A stretch of DNA of 64,000 nt, taken from the IMG/VR virus record IMGVR_UViG_3300020045_006384, positions 1 to 64,000 of that record; one strand, given 5' to 3'. Shown here one piece after another: positions 20,520-28,827 of this stretch (position 1 is the first letter of the stretch; every line of letters begins with the position of its first letter). The notes beneath the pieces were generated by a model. That model saw nothing but the letters and a program-made list of their open reading frames with translations. It ran no database searches and was not told where the DNA came from. A program made the translations under genes and the position numbers. The DNA is from a virus.

Positions 20520-20894
20520 TTATTTTTCATATTTTTTTAAATATTTTATTGCTTCTTTTAAAAGATCTATATTATCTCTAAATTTTCCTAAAGCTGTATT
20601 ACAAGTATCACATAATAAACCTCTAACATTACCTGTAGTATGACAGTGGTCTACTGATAGTCTTCTATCACTTTTATTAGTTAATTTACATATAGAACAA
20701 ACACTATTTTGTTTTTCTAACATATTACTGTAATCATCTAATGTTATTCCATATTTACTCATTAAATGTTTTTCTCTATAATTTTCAACTGCACATGTAT
20801 TACAAACAGAAGCTAAATATTTTCTTTTACCACTTTTTCTAAAATTAGAAAGTTCTAAATCATTTTTACAACTACTACATTTCTTTTTTTTCAT
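20520..20894 (-). CDS. Endonuclease VII-family (HNH-like) endonuclease, probably a free-standing homing endonuclease
   Basis: YGIT..DY..ML..Q...CSIC, VDHCH.TG.VRGLLC..CN.ALG; N-terminal CxxC pairs. Confidence 0.85.
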   Translation of the reverse strand: MKKKKCSSCKNDLELSNFRKSGKRKYLASVCNTCAVENYREKHLMSKYGITLDDYSNMLEKQNSVCSICKLTNKSDRRLSVDHCHTTGNVRGLLCDTCNTALGKFRDNIDLLKEAIKYLKKYEK

Positions 20895-20979
20895 AATACA
20901 AATATAATAAATTTATTTTAAATATGCAAGTTTTTTACCAATTATTTTCATAAATATCCTAAAATAAATTATTAAGCAT

Positions 20980-21240
20980 AAAAAAACCCACTAAATCATA
21001 AGAAATAGTGGGTAAAGTATATAAGTTTCCTATAACTATAACGTATATTATAGTTTATATATTATTTAATTAATAGATACAACGAGGTTTCCACGATTTT
21101 GTTAAATCATGTCCTCTTGGCTAGCCAGTGTTACAGAAGTTGTCATACCTCGCAAAACCCATCCTCTTAAAACTATACGTTGGTGCCGTGTCCACCATTA
21201 ATTAAGACAACTGTATCCTAAACTAGTTGCTGTTTATTTT
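20980..21240 (-). ncRNA. Candidate structured ncRNA (own promoter and terminator)
   Basis: Locally GC-richer and largely non-coding; promoter at 21249-21280; terminator ACCCACTA/TAGTGGGT+T7 at about 20980-21013; several internal helices. Confidence 0.45.
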
Positions 21241-21248
21241 AATAAGTG

Positions 21249-21325
21249 CAAATATACAACATTTATTTGTAAATTCCAAATGTTTTTGCAATTATTTTTA
21301 AAAAATTCTTATTTACTAATAGCTA
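21249..21325 (-). promoter_or_regulatory. Bacteroidota-type promoter with upstream 16-bp box
   Basis: TATATTTG (21256-21249), TTTGGAA (21280-21274), box TAGCTATTAGTAAATA (21325-21310). Confidence 0.7.
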
Positions 21326-21327
21326 TT

Positions 21328-21501
21328 TCAATCATTTATCATATATAAATCTGGTGCACCATAAGAACTTGTTTCCATATATGCAATTTTATTACCATCC
21401 AAATCTATATAATATACTGAATGTGTAATATCTCCAGGAACTCTTTCATAAAGTTTACCAGTTAAAAATTCTCTAAATTCTTTTTCATCAACTTGTGTCA
21501 T
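21328..21501 (-). CDS. Small hypothetical protein (57 aa)
   Basis: Not in the track: MTQVDEKEFREFLTGKLYERVPGD...; preceded by a TTTGGAA..TATATTTG promoter (21550-21519). Confidence 0.55.
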   Translation of the reverse strand: MTQVDEKEFREFLTGKLYERVPGDITHSVYYIDLDGNKIAYMETSSYGAPDLYMIND

Positions 21502-21765
21502 AATATTTAATTTTTATACAAATATACAACAAATAATTGACAATTCCAAATTTTTTACTAATTTTTTTTAAAATTTTTTTTTGAAAATGTTTTTTAAAAT
21601 TTTATTTATCAATGTAAATGCGGACTAAGCCAACATCATACCCCGACTTCAACAAAATTTTGGGTTATACCCGTACTGTTGTTACGGATATGCCAAAATA
21701 TATTACTAATCGTGTTAGTACTGTCTTAAATGATGTCAGACTAACACATAATACCACAAGACGCC

Positions 21766-22215
21766 ATGAATGCAATTAAATTCGTTAAAGATGACCAATC
21801 AGTATGGTCTAAAGACTTAGAAGACGGTAGAACTATCACTTCTGTTTGTGTTGAAGTTACTGATGAAGTGCTTAACATGAACACACTATTCACACAAGTT
21901 GAGAAATCAATGGTGTGGTTGAAAGGTTCTGATGAGGCTGTTGTATTGAAACAACAAGATGCTGTAATCAAATCAATCAACAAAGGTCAAATCAAGCCTT
22001 ACAGAGCTTTCTCTGAAACTCCATTCTATGAGGGTCAAGAAGAAGACATTAATCCAACTACTGAACAACCATTAGGTCGTTACAGCCAAGTAAGATTATG
22101 TCCTGCTGACAAACATGCAGATTTACATAGACAATATGTAGTTCCAACTGTTGCTTCAGCTAAACCTGCTGTTGATGAGAAAGAAGAGGCTAACCAACCT
22201 AAGATTGGTGCTTAA
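21766..22215 (+). CDS. Hypothetical protein, first gene after the strand switch
   Basis: 149 aa with good codon bias and its own terminator. Confidence 0.7.
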   Translation: MNAIKFVKDDQSVWSKDLEDGRTITSVCVEVTDEVLNMNTLFTQVEKSMVWLKGSDEAVVLKQQDAVIKSINKGQIKPYRAFSETPFYEGQEEDINPTTEQPLGRYSQVRLCPADKHADLHRQYVVPTVASAKPAVDEKEEANQPKIGA

Positions 22216-22223
22216 ACCTAACT

Positions 22224-22252
22224 AAAGGACACTTCGGTGTCCTTTCTTTTTA
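22224..22252 (+). terminator. Intrinsic terminator
   Basis: AAAGGACAC-TTCG-GTGTCCTTT followed by a T tract. Confidence 0.85.
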
Positions 22253-22608
22253 TTTTTATTGTGGTTAACTTTGCGTGTAGTCAATATGTCTACATCTCAG
22301 TGGTTCAATCACACCTATATATAATAAGGTATAAATATACCTTTTAGTTAATAAACTTCAATTCAATACAACACAATTTATTGTGAAGTGGTAATACACT
22401 TAATTGGAGTTTATTTTATAATATCATTTGGTAAATGATTTAAATTGTTGATTGTGAGAGAGTTATACTATTTTTTAGATGTATTTAGTAGTGTAAATGT
22501 GACCTTATTCAAGCTTAATACCTTTTAGTAGCATCACACACCTCTCACATCATCAATTTATTTATTATCAATAGCTTTTTCATCACTAATAACTAACAAA
22601 TAATCATT

Positions 22609-22791
22609 ATGTTTTACTACATTATATCGTTATATTTTTGCACATTTATATACTTTAGTATAATATTTTATGCAATAATCAAATCAAACTATAATAAATT
22701 AATCAAAAATATAGTTTTATTCACAGGTATTTATCTAGGAATTGGATTATTAATTGGATTAATTGTTGGAATATTACAAAAATTAAACTAA
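22609..22791 (+). CDS. Small membrane protein
   Basis: Two hydrophobic segments; TAACTAACAA leader. Confidence 0.5.
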   Translation: MFYYIISLYFCTFIYFSIIFYAIIKSNYNKLIKNIVLFTGIYLGIGLLIGLIVGILQKLN

Positions 22792-22809
22792 CTGACTAAA
22801 ATTAATATT

Positions 22810-23100
22810 ATGAAAACATTTCAAATCATTTTATCACTACTAATAGGTTTTATTATTGGTGGTATTTCATTTACATTAAATCAAAATAAAGTTGATTTAC
22901 CTGAAGAATATAAACTAATTGACAAATCAACACCTATTACAGGTTATTTTGATAAAGATTCTATTCTCCATATTGAATTTGATAATTCAATTCAATTTAA
23001 ATGGGAAAGTTCTGAATCAGATGTACCACAAGATGGTATAAGACAACTACAATTATCTACAAATGAAAATACAGTGTATTTAAATCCTGTAGATGAATAA
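22810..23100 (+). CDS. Membrane-anchored hypothetical protein
   Basis: N-terminal signal/TM segment. Confidence 0.55.
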   Translation: MKTFQIILSLLIGFIIGGISFTLNQNKVDLPEEYKLIDKSTPITGYFDKDSILHIEFDNSIQFKWESSESDVPQDGIRQLQLSTNENTVYLNPVDE

Positions 23101-23130
23101 AAAAATATTAACTGAATAAATAACAAAATT

Positions 23131-23343
23131 ATGATATTAAATATTGCTTTTACAATTCTTATTGTACTATTAATTTTTTATATAACACTTAGTGTGTTTA
23201 CAATAATTCATTATATATTCTTTAAAAATACAAGAATAATAGAATTATTTTTTACAAGTTCTTTTATAGCAGTATGTAGTGTTGTAATTATAATGATATT
23301 TTTTATTATGTTTCCAAGACTCAATATTGAATTTAAAATATAA
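23131..23343 (+). CDS. Small membrane protein
   Basis: Two TM segments. Confidence 0.5.
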   Translation: MILNIAFTILIVLLIFYITLSVFTIIHYIFFKNTRIIELFFTSSFIAVCSVVIIMIFFIMFPRLNIEFKI

Positions 23344-23351
23344 CAATACTT

Positions 23352-23561
23352 TAGTCAGTCAATTACAGGTAATGCTGGGTTGACTGACTATATTAAATTA
23401 AACTATTAGGTCAATACTATGTTGAAAAGAAATTAAACAATATTGAGTCATGACAATACTTACTTCACCTGTAATTTAATAGCATCTATTGGTAACAGTA
23501 GCTCTGTGGATATTAAAAGGTATGCTGGTGCTTATACACACTATATTGAACCTAATAGTTT
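23352..23561 (+). ncRNA. Candidate structured RNA (hairpin plus large domain with pseudoknot potential)
   Basis: TAGTCAGTCAA/TTGACTGACTA; AAACTATTAGGTCAATA/TATTGAACCTAATAGTTT; loop TTACAGGT is complementary to ACCTGTAA (23467); CTATTG-GTAA-CAGTAG GNRA hairpin. Confidence 0.45.
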
Positions 23562-23721
23562 TATTAACTAACTAAAAAATAATATTATGATAACTAACTT
23601 ACAAATTGAACAATTTTACAATAAAGATAGAGAACGTGATGTTAAATATTTAAAATTTATACATATATGTCCTACATTAGTTGAAATTATTAGAGAAATA
23701 CTAACTAACAAATAACAAATT

Positions 23722-23943
23722 ATGAAACACTTATTAAAAAAACTATTATTTGCTTTAGTAGTATTACTAAGCATTTTTATTTTAGGTATATTTGTACCTA
23801 TGATTATATCATTATTTATAATAATAACAACTGAAGCTACATTAATAGATTGTATTCAAACAGTACCATTTATATTATTTAGTGTAATTGGTTGTATAAT
23901 ATCAGGACTATATATTAGTCATGAATTAGAAAATTTACCTTAA
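23722..23943 (+). CDS. Small membrane protein
   Basis: Two TM segments. Confidence 0.5.
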   Translation: MKHLLKKLLFALVVLLSIFILGIFVPMIISLFIIITTEATLIDCIQTVPFILFSVIGCIISGLYISHELENLP

Positions 23944-24274
23944 AATATTAAACACATTAGCAGATAGATCACGTTCAAAACTAATGTGTTTTATAATAAA
24001 TATTATGAGTGAAAATTATACTGATAATGTGTGTTACAACCTATTACATATAATTTTCTAAAACTTTGAAAAACATTCGTGTGAAGTAAATCTTATAATA
24101 TGTGAAATTCAAACTTATATAAATCAAGGGCTATTCCCTATTTATATAAACAGTTATAGTCTGTTATTTTTATAATCAAGTGTTAAGTAAAATGTAAGCT
24201 ACAATATTGATAAACCGTAATATCTTACATAATCAATGTATTAATAATAAACAACATAAAACAAAAAATTATAT

Positions 24275-24994
24275 ATGGAAAAAAAGTGTAAAATAATATA
24301 TTTGAATAATTTCATATATATTTTAAGTGATGATGAAATAAAAGGAGGTGATTGGTGTTATGATAAATCTAATAATAGAATAGTACAAGTTATTTATAAA
24401 CATAAAGATACTAAAAGTCACTATTTTGTATCAGCTAATGTAAATACTAAAAATGAAATTTTAAAAAAAGGTTATTCTATAGAATTAGAAGAATTAAAAA
24501 AAATCATAGCTACAACAGATACTTCATTAACAAAAGATATTAAAATGCTTTGTAAATCATGTAAAGGTAGTGGTGGTGGTTTTTCACCTAAATGTACTAC
24601 TTGTAAAGGTTCAGGTATAAAAATTGAAAAAGATTTCTTACCTCAACCATCACAACAATTCATTGAAAAGTATATCGAATCTTATAATAAAGGTAAAATT
24701 ATTACTGATGTATTAGTTGAGTATAATAGTGAATATATACAAACATATCCTCGTTCAGGTAGAGATTGTGGTGGTAATGAAAAATATGAGTTTATTGAAA
24801 CTTTAAAAATAAATTCTAAAGACAATACTATTACAATTAAGGAATTAAAAAATAGTTGGAATAGAGAAGAACATATATCTAATCTTATTAAATATAGAGT
24901 TGATTATGTAGAATTTGTAAAAAGTTCTTATTTTCAACCTAATGAAAAAGAAATAAATATATGGAGTACTAAATGGATTGAAGAAAACTTATAA
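24275..24994 (+). CDS. Hypothetical protein with DnaJ-like CxxCxGxG zinc finger
   Basis: CKSCKGSG and CTTCKGSG. Confidence 0.65.
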   Translation: MEKKCKIIYLNNFIYILSDDEIKGGDWCYDKSNNRIVQVIYKHKDTKSHYFVSANVNTKNEILKKGYSIELEELKKIIATTDTSLTKDIKMLCKSCKGSGGGFSPKCTTCKGSGIKIEKDFLPQPSQQFIEKYIESYNKGKIITDVLVEYNSEYIQTYPRSGRDCGGNEKYEFIETLKINSKDNTITIKELKNSWNREEHISNLIKYRVDYVEFVKSSYFQPNEKEINIWSTKWIEENL

Positions 24995-25014
24995 ATAACT
25001 AAAACAAATAAATT

Positions 25015-25221
25015 ATGACAGGTCAAATCTTATTAAACGTAATATTAATAGCAATAATATTACTAACAGCTTTTTTAACATACAATAAAACTATTACATT
25101 TTGTGATGATGATGATTTTTTAGATGTATTGTTATCAATTTCAACAGTAGCTTCAATATTAATATTATTAGTTCAAATTGGATGTATAATATATAAATAT
25201 TGGGATATACCTATATTTTAA
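25015..25221 (+). CDS. Small membrane protein
   Basis: Two TM segments. Confidence 0.5.
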   Translation: MTGQILLNVILIAIILLTAFLTYNKTITFCDDDDFLDVLLSISTVASILILLVQIGCIIYKYWDIPIF

Positions 25222-25508
25222 ACATATATTAAATTTAAATAAAACAATTATAAAATTACTTTATTTTGAATTTCAATTACTAACAGGAATATTAGTAATT
25301 GATAACAATAATCCTAGCTTACCTCAAATTTATGATAATCATAAATTATTAAGTATGTCTACAAATTTTGATGATTTTAAATCAATGAAAGATGCTGAAC
25401 CAGTTTCAGATATTAATCATTTAATTAAAGAAGAACCTTTAAGTGCTCAAGAAAAAATAGTAGTTAAAATAGGTGCGTAAAATAAATATTAACAAATAAA
25501 ATTTAAAA

Positions 25509-25568
25509 AGATGTTTAACAGCAAACAAAAACAATTATTTAGCGGAAATAAAGTAACACAAACATCTG
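25509..25568 (+). promoter_or_regulatory. Stem-ACAGCAA RNA unit covering the start codon (putative autoregulatory operator)
   Basis: AGATGTTT (25509-16, contains the ATG) + A + ACAGCAA ... AAACATCT (25560-67) + G; same architecture as the array units. Confidence 0.65.
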
Positions 25569-27172
25569 CTTTTGTTAGTGCAGGATTAAAAAATTCTGCA
25601 GAAACTGTATCAGGAAATGGTGCAAAAAAATATTCAACAACGGGTAATCCATTTGTTGATCAATTTGGTAAAATAGGTTCATATAAAGCACCAAGATCAT
25701 TTAATGATATATCTGCTGATTGTGAAATATTATGGACTAAAAATAAATTATTGACAGTAATGTTTATTATTTATTTAAGAGTTATAAATAGAATTGTTAG
25801 ATTCTGGGATAATACTTCTACAACAGTACCTCAAAAAGGTGGTGAAATGAAACATGAATCAATTATGAGAATGATTTGGTTACATATGAAATCTGAAGAA
25901 TCATTTTGGAAAAATATTCAATTATTTATTTTAGCTGGATCTTGGAAAGATATTATAACTATGTTACAATATGATTTAGTATATAATGGTTGGGATGATC
26001 GTAAACTTAATTGGAATAAATTTGGTGATTTAATATTGTCAGGTTTAAAAAATGAGAATACATCTGAATTACTTAAAAAGTATTTACCTCAAATTAAATC
26101 TAATAATCAATGTAAAACAGTTGAATCTCAAGCTGATAATTTAATTAGTAAATGGATTTGTTCATTATTATTTGATAATAAAAAAGAAAATTCTGGTTGG
26201 ACATATAAAAAATATAGACAACTTAAAACTTCTGGAACAGCACATCAATGGCAACAATTAATATCTCAACGTAAATTTGAAGAAATTGATTTTAGTAAAA
26301 TACATGGTAGAGCTTTAAATTTATTAGTAAGAAGTAAATTCTTATTTAATCAAAGTTTAAGTGAAAAATATGCTGAATGGGCTGTAAAACCTGAAACAGT
26401 AATTAAATACACTGGGTTTGTACACGAATTATTTGATAAATTACCTAAAACACTAGTTGGTTTAAATCAAGGTGAACAAGCTACTATTAATAAACAATTT
26501 GAAACATTGGTTAAAAAAGGTGGTGAACAATCTCAAACATCATTAATTGTTGTAAGAGATACTTCAGGTTCAATGAGTTCTGCAGCAACTGGTACAACAA
26601 TGTCTTGTTTTAATGTAGCAAAAGCATTAGCATTATATTTTAGTGAATTCTTAACAGGAAGATTTAAAGATGCTTTTATTGAATTTAATTCAGTTGCTCA
26701 AATGCATACATGGAAAGGTAATACTGTATTAGAAAAATGGTATAACGATCATTGTAGTTTTGTTGGTTCTACTAATTTTCAATCTGTTATAGATTTAATT
26801 TGTAGATTGAGATCTGAAGGTATAGAAGAATCTGAATTTCCAACAGGTATATTATGTATATCTGATAGTGAATTTAATCCTGCACAATTAGGTCAAACTA
26901 ATGTTGATGCAGCATTAATTAAACTAAGAAAAGTTGGATTTAGTGAAGATTATGTAGATAATTTTGTAATAGTTCTTTGGAACTTACAATCTAATGCATA
27001 TGGACGCGGTACTGGAGAAAAATTTGAAACATATGGTAATGTACCAAATGTATTTTATTTTAGTGGATATTCAGCATCAGTAGTGTCATTTCTTACAAAT
27101 AAGATAAACAATGCAGAAGAATTATTTAATTCTGCAATGAATCAAGAACTATTAAATCAAGTAGAGATTTAA
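25511..27172 (+). CDS. DUF2828-family Ro60/TROVE-like protein with C-terminal vWA domain
   Basis: SGNGAKKYSTTGNP.VD.F, R...KGGE, GSWKD, KYLP, MIDAS motif DTSGSMS, STNFQSV, ISDSEFN, VLWNL, SGYS. Confidence 0.8.
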   Translation: MFNSKQKQLFSGNKVTQTSAFVSAGLKNSAETVSGNGAKKYSTTGNPFVDQFGKIGSYKAPRSFNDISADCEILWTKNKLLTVMFIIYLRVINRIVRFWDNTSTTVPQKGGEMKHESIMRMIWLHMKSEESFWKNIQLFILAGSWKDIITMLQYDLVYNGWDDRKLNWNKFGDLILSGLKNENTSELLKKYLPQIKSNNQCKTVESQADNLISKWICSLLFDNKKENSGWTYKKYRQLKTSGTAHQWQQLISQRKFEEIDFSKIHGRALNLLVRSKFLFNQSLSEKYAEWAVKPETVIKYTGFVHELFDKLPKTLVGLNQGEQATINKQFETLVKKGGEQSQTSLIVVRDTSGSMSSAATGTTMSCFNVAKALALYFSEFLTGRFKDAFIEFNSVAQMHTWKGNTVLEKWYNDHCSFVGSTNFQSVIDLICRLRSEGIEESEFPTGILCISDSEFNPAQLGQTNVDAALIKLRKVGFSEDYVDNFVIVLWNLQSNAYGRGTGEKFETYGNVPNVFYFSGYSASVVSFLTNKINNAEELFNSAMNQELLNQVEI

Positions 27173-27182
27173 TAATAATATA

Positions 27183-27774
27183 AGGTGTAGAAACTGCAAA
27201 TCATATACATAAAACTATATAATTAGCAAACAAGCATCATCAGTTATAATAAAAATATAATAATTTTAAATCTTAACACTACACCTGTTAATCTCAAGAT
27301 TTAATTGTAAAAGTATAATAAAATTAACAACGATGATGCTTTTATAAGAATACTTACAGCAATTTATAAAGATCAATTTTGTAACTTGAAACCTTAATGT
27401 ATTCTGATAAAATGACTAACAGCAATTAACTTTGTAAAATCAACTTGTTGTCATCAGTTCGATTCTGATATTTCAATATGTCGTAAGACCAGATATTGAG
27501 ATTAGCTCAGTTGGTAGAGCGTAAGTCCACAAAACAAATAGTCATTTGACAAGATTAGTAACAGCAATATATATAAACACCAAACTTTTAATTTGACACG
27601 TTATATACTAATCTGATAAGTTTTCATACAGCAATATATAAATGCTTCTGGTGCCGTAATTGAGGTTCGAGTCCTACTAGTAGTGTAATGGATAACACGA
27701 CGTAAAAATGAAAACTGATAAATTCTCATACAGCAATTAAACTTTTTTATGGAAAAAAAACAAATTGAGAATTG
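27183..27774 (+). ncRNA. Tandem array of six Y-RNA-like stem-closed RNAs
   Basis: Units 27183-27287, 27347-27406, 27410-27548, 27552-27615, 27619-27717, 27721-27774. Each has a 7-9 bp terminal stem, then AC(A/T)GCAA, a variable cargo, the 3' strand and a G. Confidence 0.8.
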
Positions 27775-27811
27775 TGAATAAAATAAATATTAACAAATAA
27801 AATAAATAATT

Positions 27812-28123
27812 ATGATAGCATTAGGAATAATAGCAATTTTAGTAATATTAATTGGTTTTGCATTAGCATCTTCCACAATAGATACTGAAAAAACAATCAA
27901 TAATGTAGAAGTGGAACCAACTTCTCAAATAATTGATGAAGAATCTACAGAAAAAGTAGTAGTAGAAGATTTTAAAGATACATTATCTAATGAAGATTTT
28001 GTAAAAAAAGAACCTCAAACTGAAAGAGTTATTACAGAACATATTAAATCTGTAATTGATACTGCGTCAAAACCTGCTAAAAAAGGAACAAAAAGACAAC
28101 GGACACGAGCTGTTAAAAAGTAA
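27812..28123 (+). CDS. Membrane-anchored hypothetical protein
   Basis: N-terminal TM, acidic middle, basic tail. Confidence 0.6.
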   Translation: MIALGIIAILVILIGFALASSTIDTEKTINNVEVEPTSQIIDEESTEKVVVEDFKDTLSNEDFVKKEPQTERVITEHIKSVIDTASKPAKKGTKRQRTRAVKK

Positions 28124-28199
28124 GTTACTCGTCTTCGAACGACAGTTTTAATACTTTCTGTAAAAAAGTATTATTTTATTAACTAACAATAAATAAATT

Positions 28200-28478
28200 A
28201 TGGAAACAATAACAATAGATGTGTCATCTATATTATATTATGTATTACCTTATTATATAATATTTAATATATTTACTTTAATACTTAGTGATTCAGTAAC
28301 ATATAATATATCTAATATATTATGTATATTAAATCCTTTTAGAGAATTTAGTATTAAAGGTAAAAATAATAGCGTTGGTACTTATTTACTTGTAATACTT
28401 TTTACATTAATACCATATACTTTGATAATGTTAGTATTACATTTAATATCAAAATATAACTATAATATAATCTGGTAA
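28200..28478 (+). CDS. Membrane protein
   Basis: Two hydrophobic segments. Confidence 0.5.
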   Translation: METITIDVSSILYYVLPYYIIFNIFTLILSDSVTYNISNILCILNPFREFSIKGKNNSVGTYLLVILFTLIPYTLIMLVLHLISKYNYNIIW

Positions 28479-28827
28479 AAAATGGGGGCGACTGGCTTTG
28501 ACTAATAGTTTAGTAAATTTAATAATCAGCACAGAGAGATAACTGTTCAAACTAAGGTGAATTTAATTAAACGGCAAAAATCAAATTAAAGCCAATATGG
28601 CTAAAGTAGTATCTTTAATCAACAGCAATGTTGAAGAAGATTTATTAATTGCAGCATAATTTTTCGAGGTTTATCTAGTACCTTAAACTAGAGCTATAAA
28701 AGTTCTTCAACTTAAATGAAGTGGTGGAGTCATTCTGATTTATCAGTTGACCTAGTGTATCTAAACACATAAAACTATAGTAAAGCTGTATACATTATTA
28801 TATTGAATTATTATTAACACCCGAGTT

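Noticed and set aside
21600-21760. Genome terminus or replication origin at the strand switch
   Set aside because: The position is plausible and there are small hairpins, but no iterons or terminal repeat can be shown from this window.
27453-27526. Ordinary tRNA gene
   Set aside because: The T arm precedes the D arm, the acceptor stem is closed by a loop and there is no anticodon loop; it is a permuted mimic.
27183-27774. CRISPR array
   Set aside because: The shared sequence is only 7-8 nt, unit lengths vary from 54 to 139 nt, conservation is structural, and no cas genes are present.
28622-28629. ACAGCAA matches in the tmRNA tag, near 29662 and near 21230 (minus strand) as further binding sites
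   Set aside because: No convincing enclosing 7-9 bp stem with a 3' G; likely chance.
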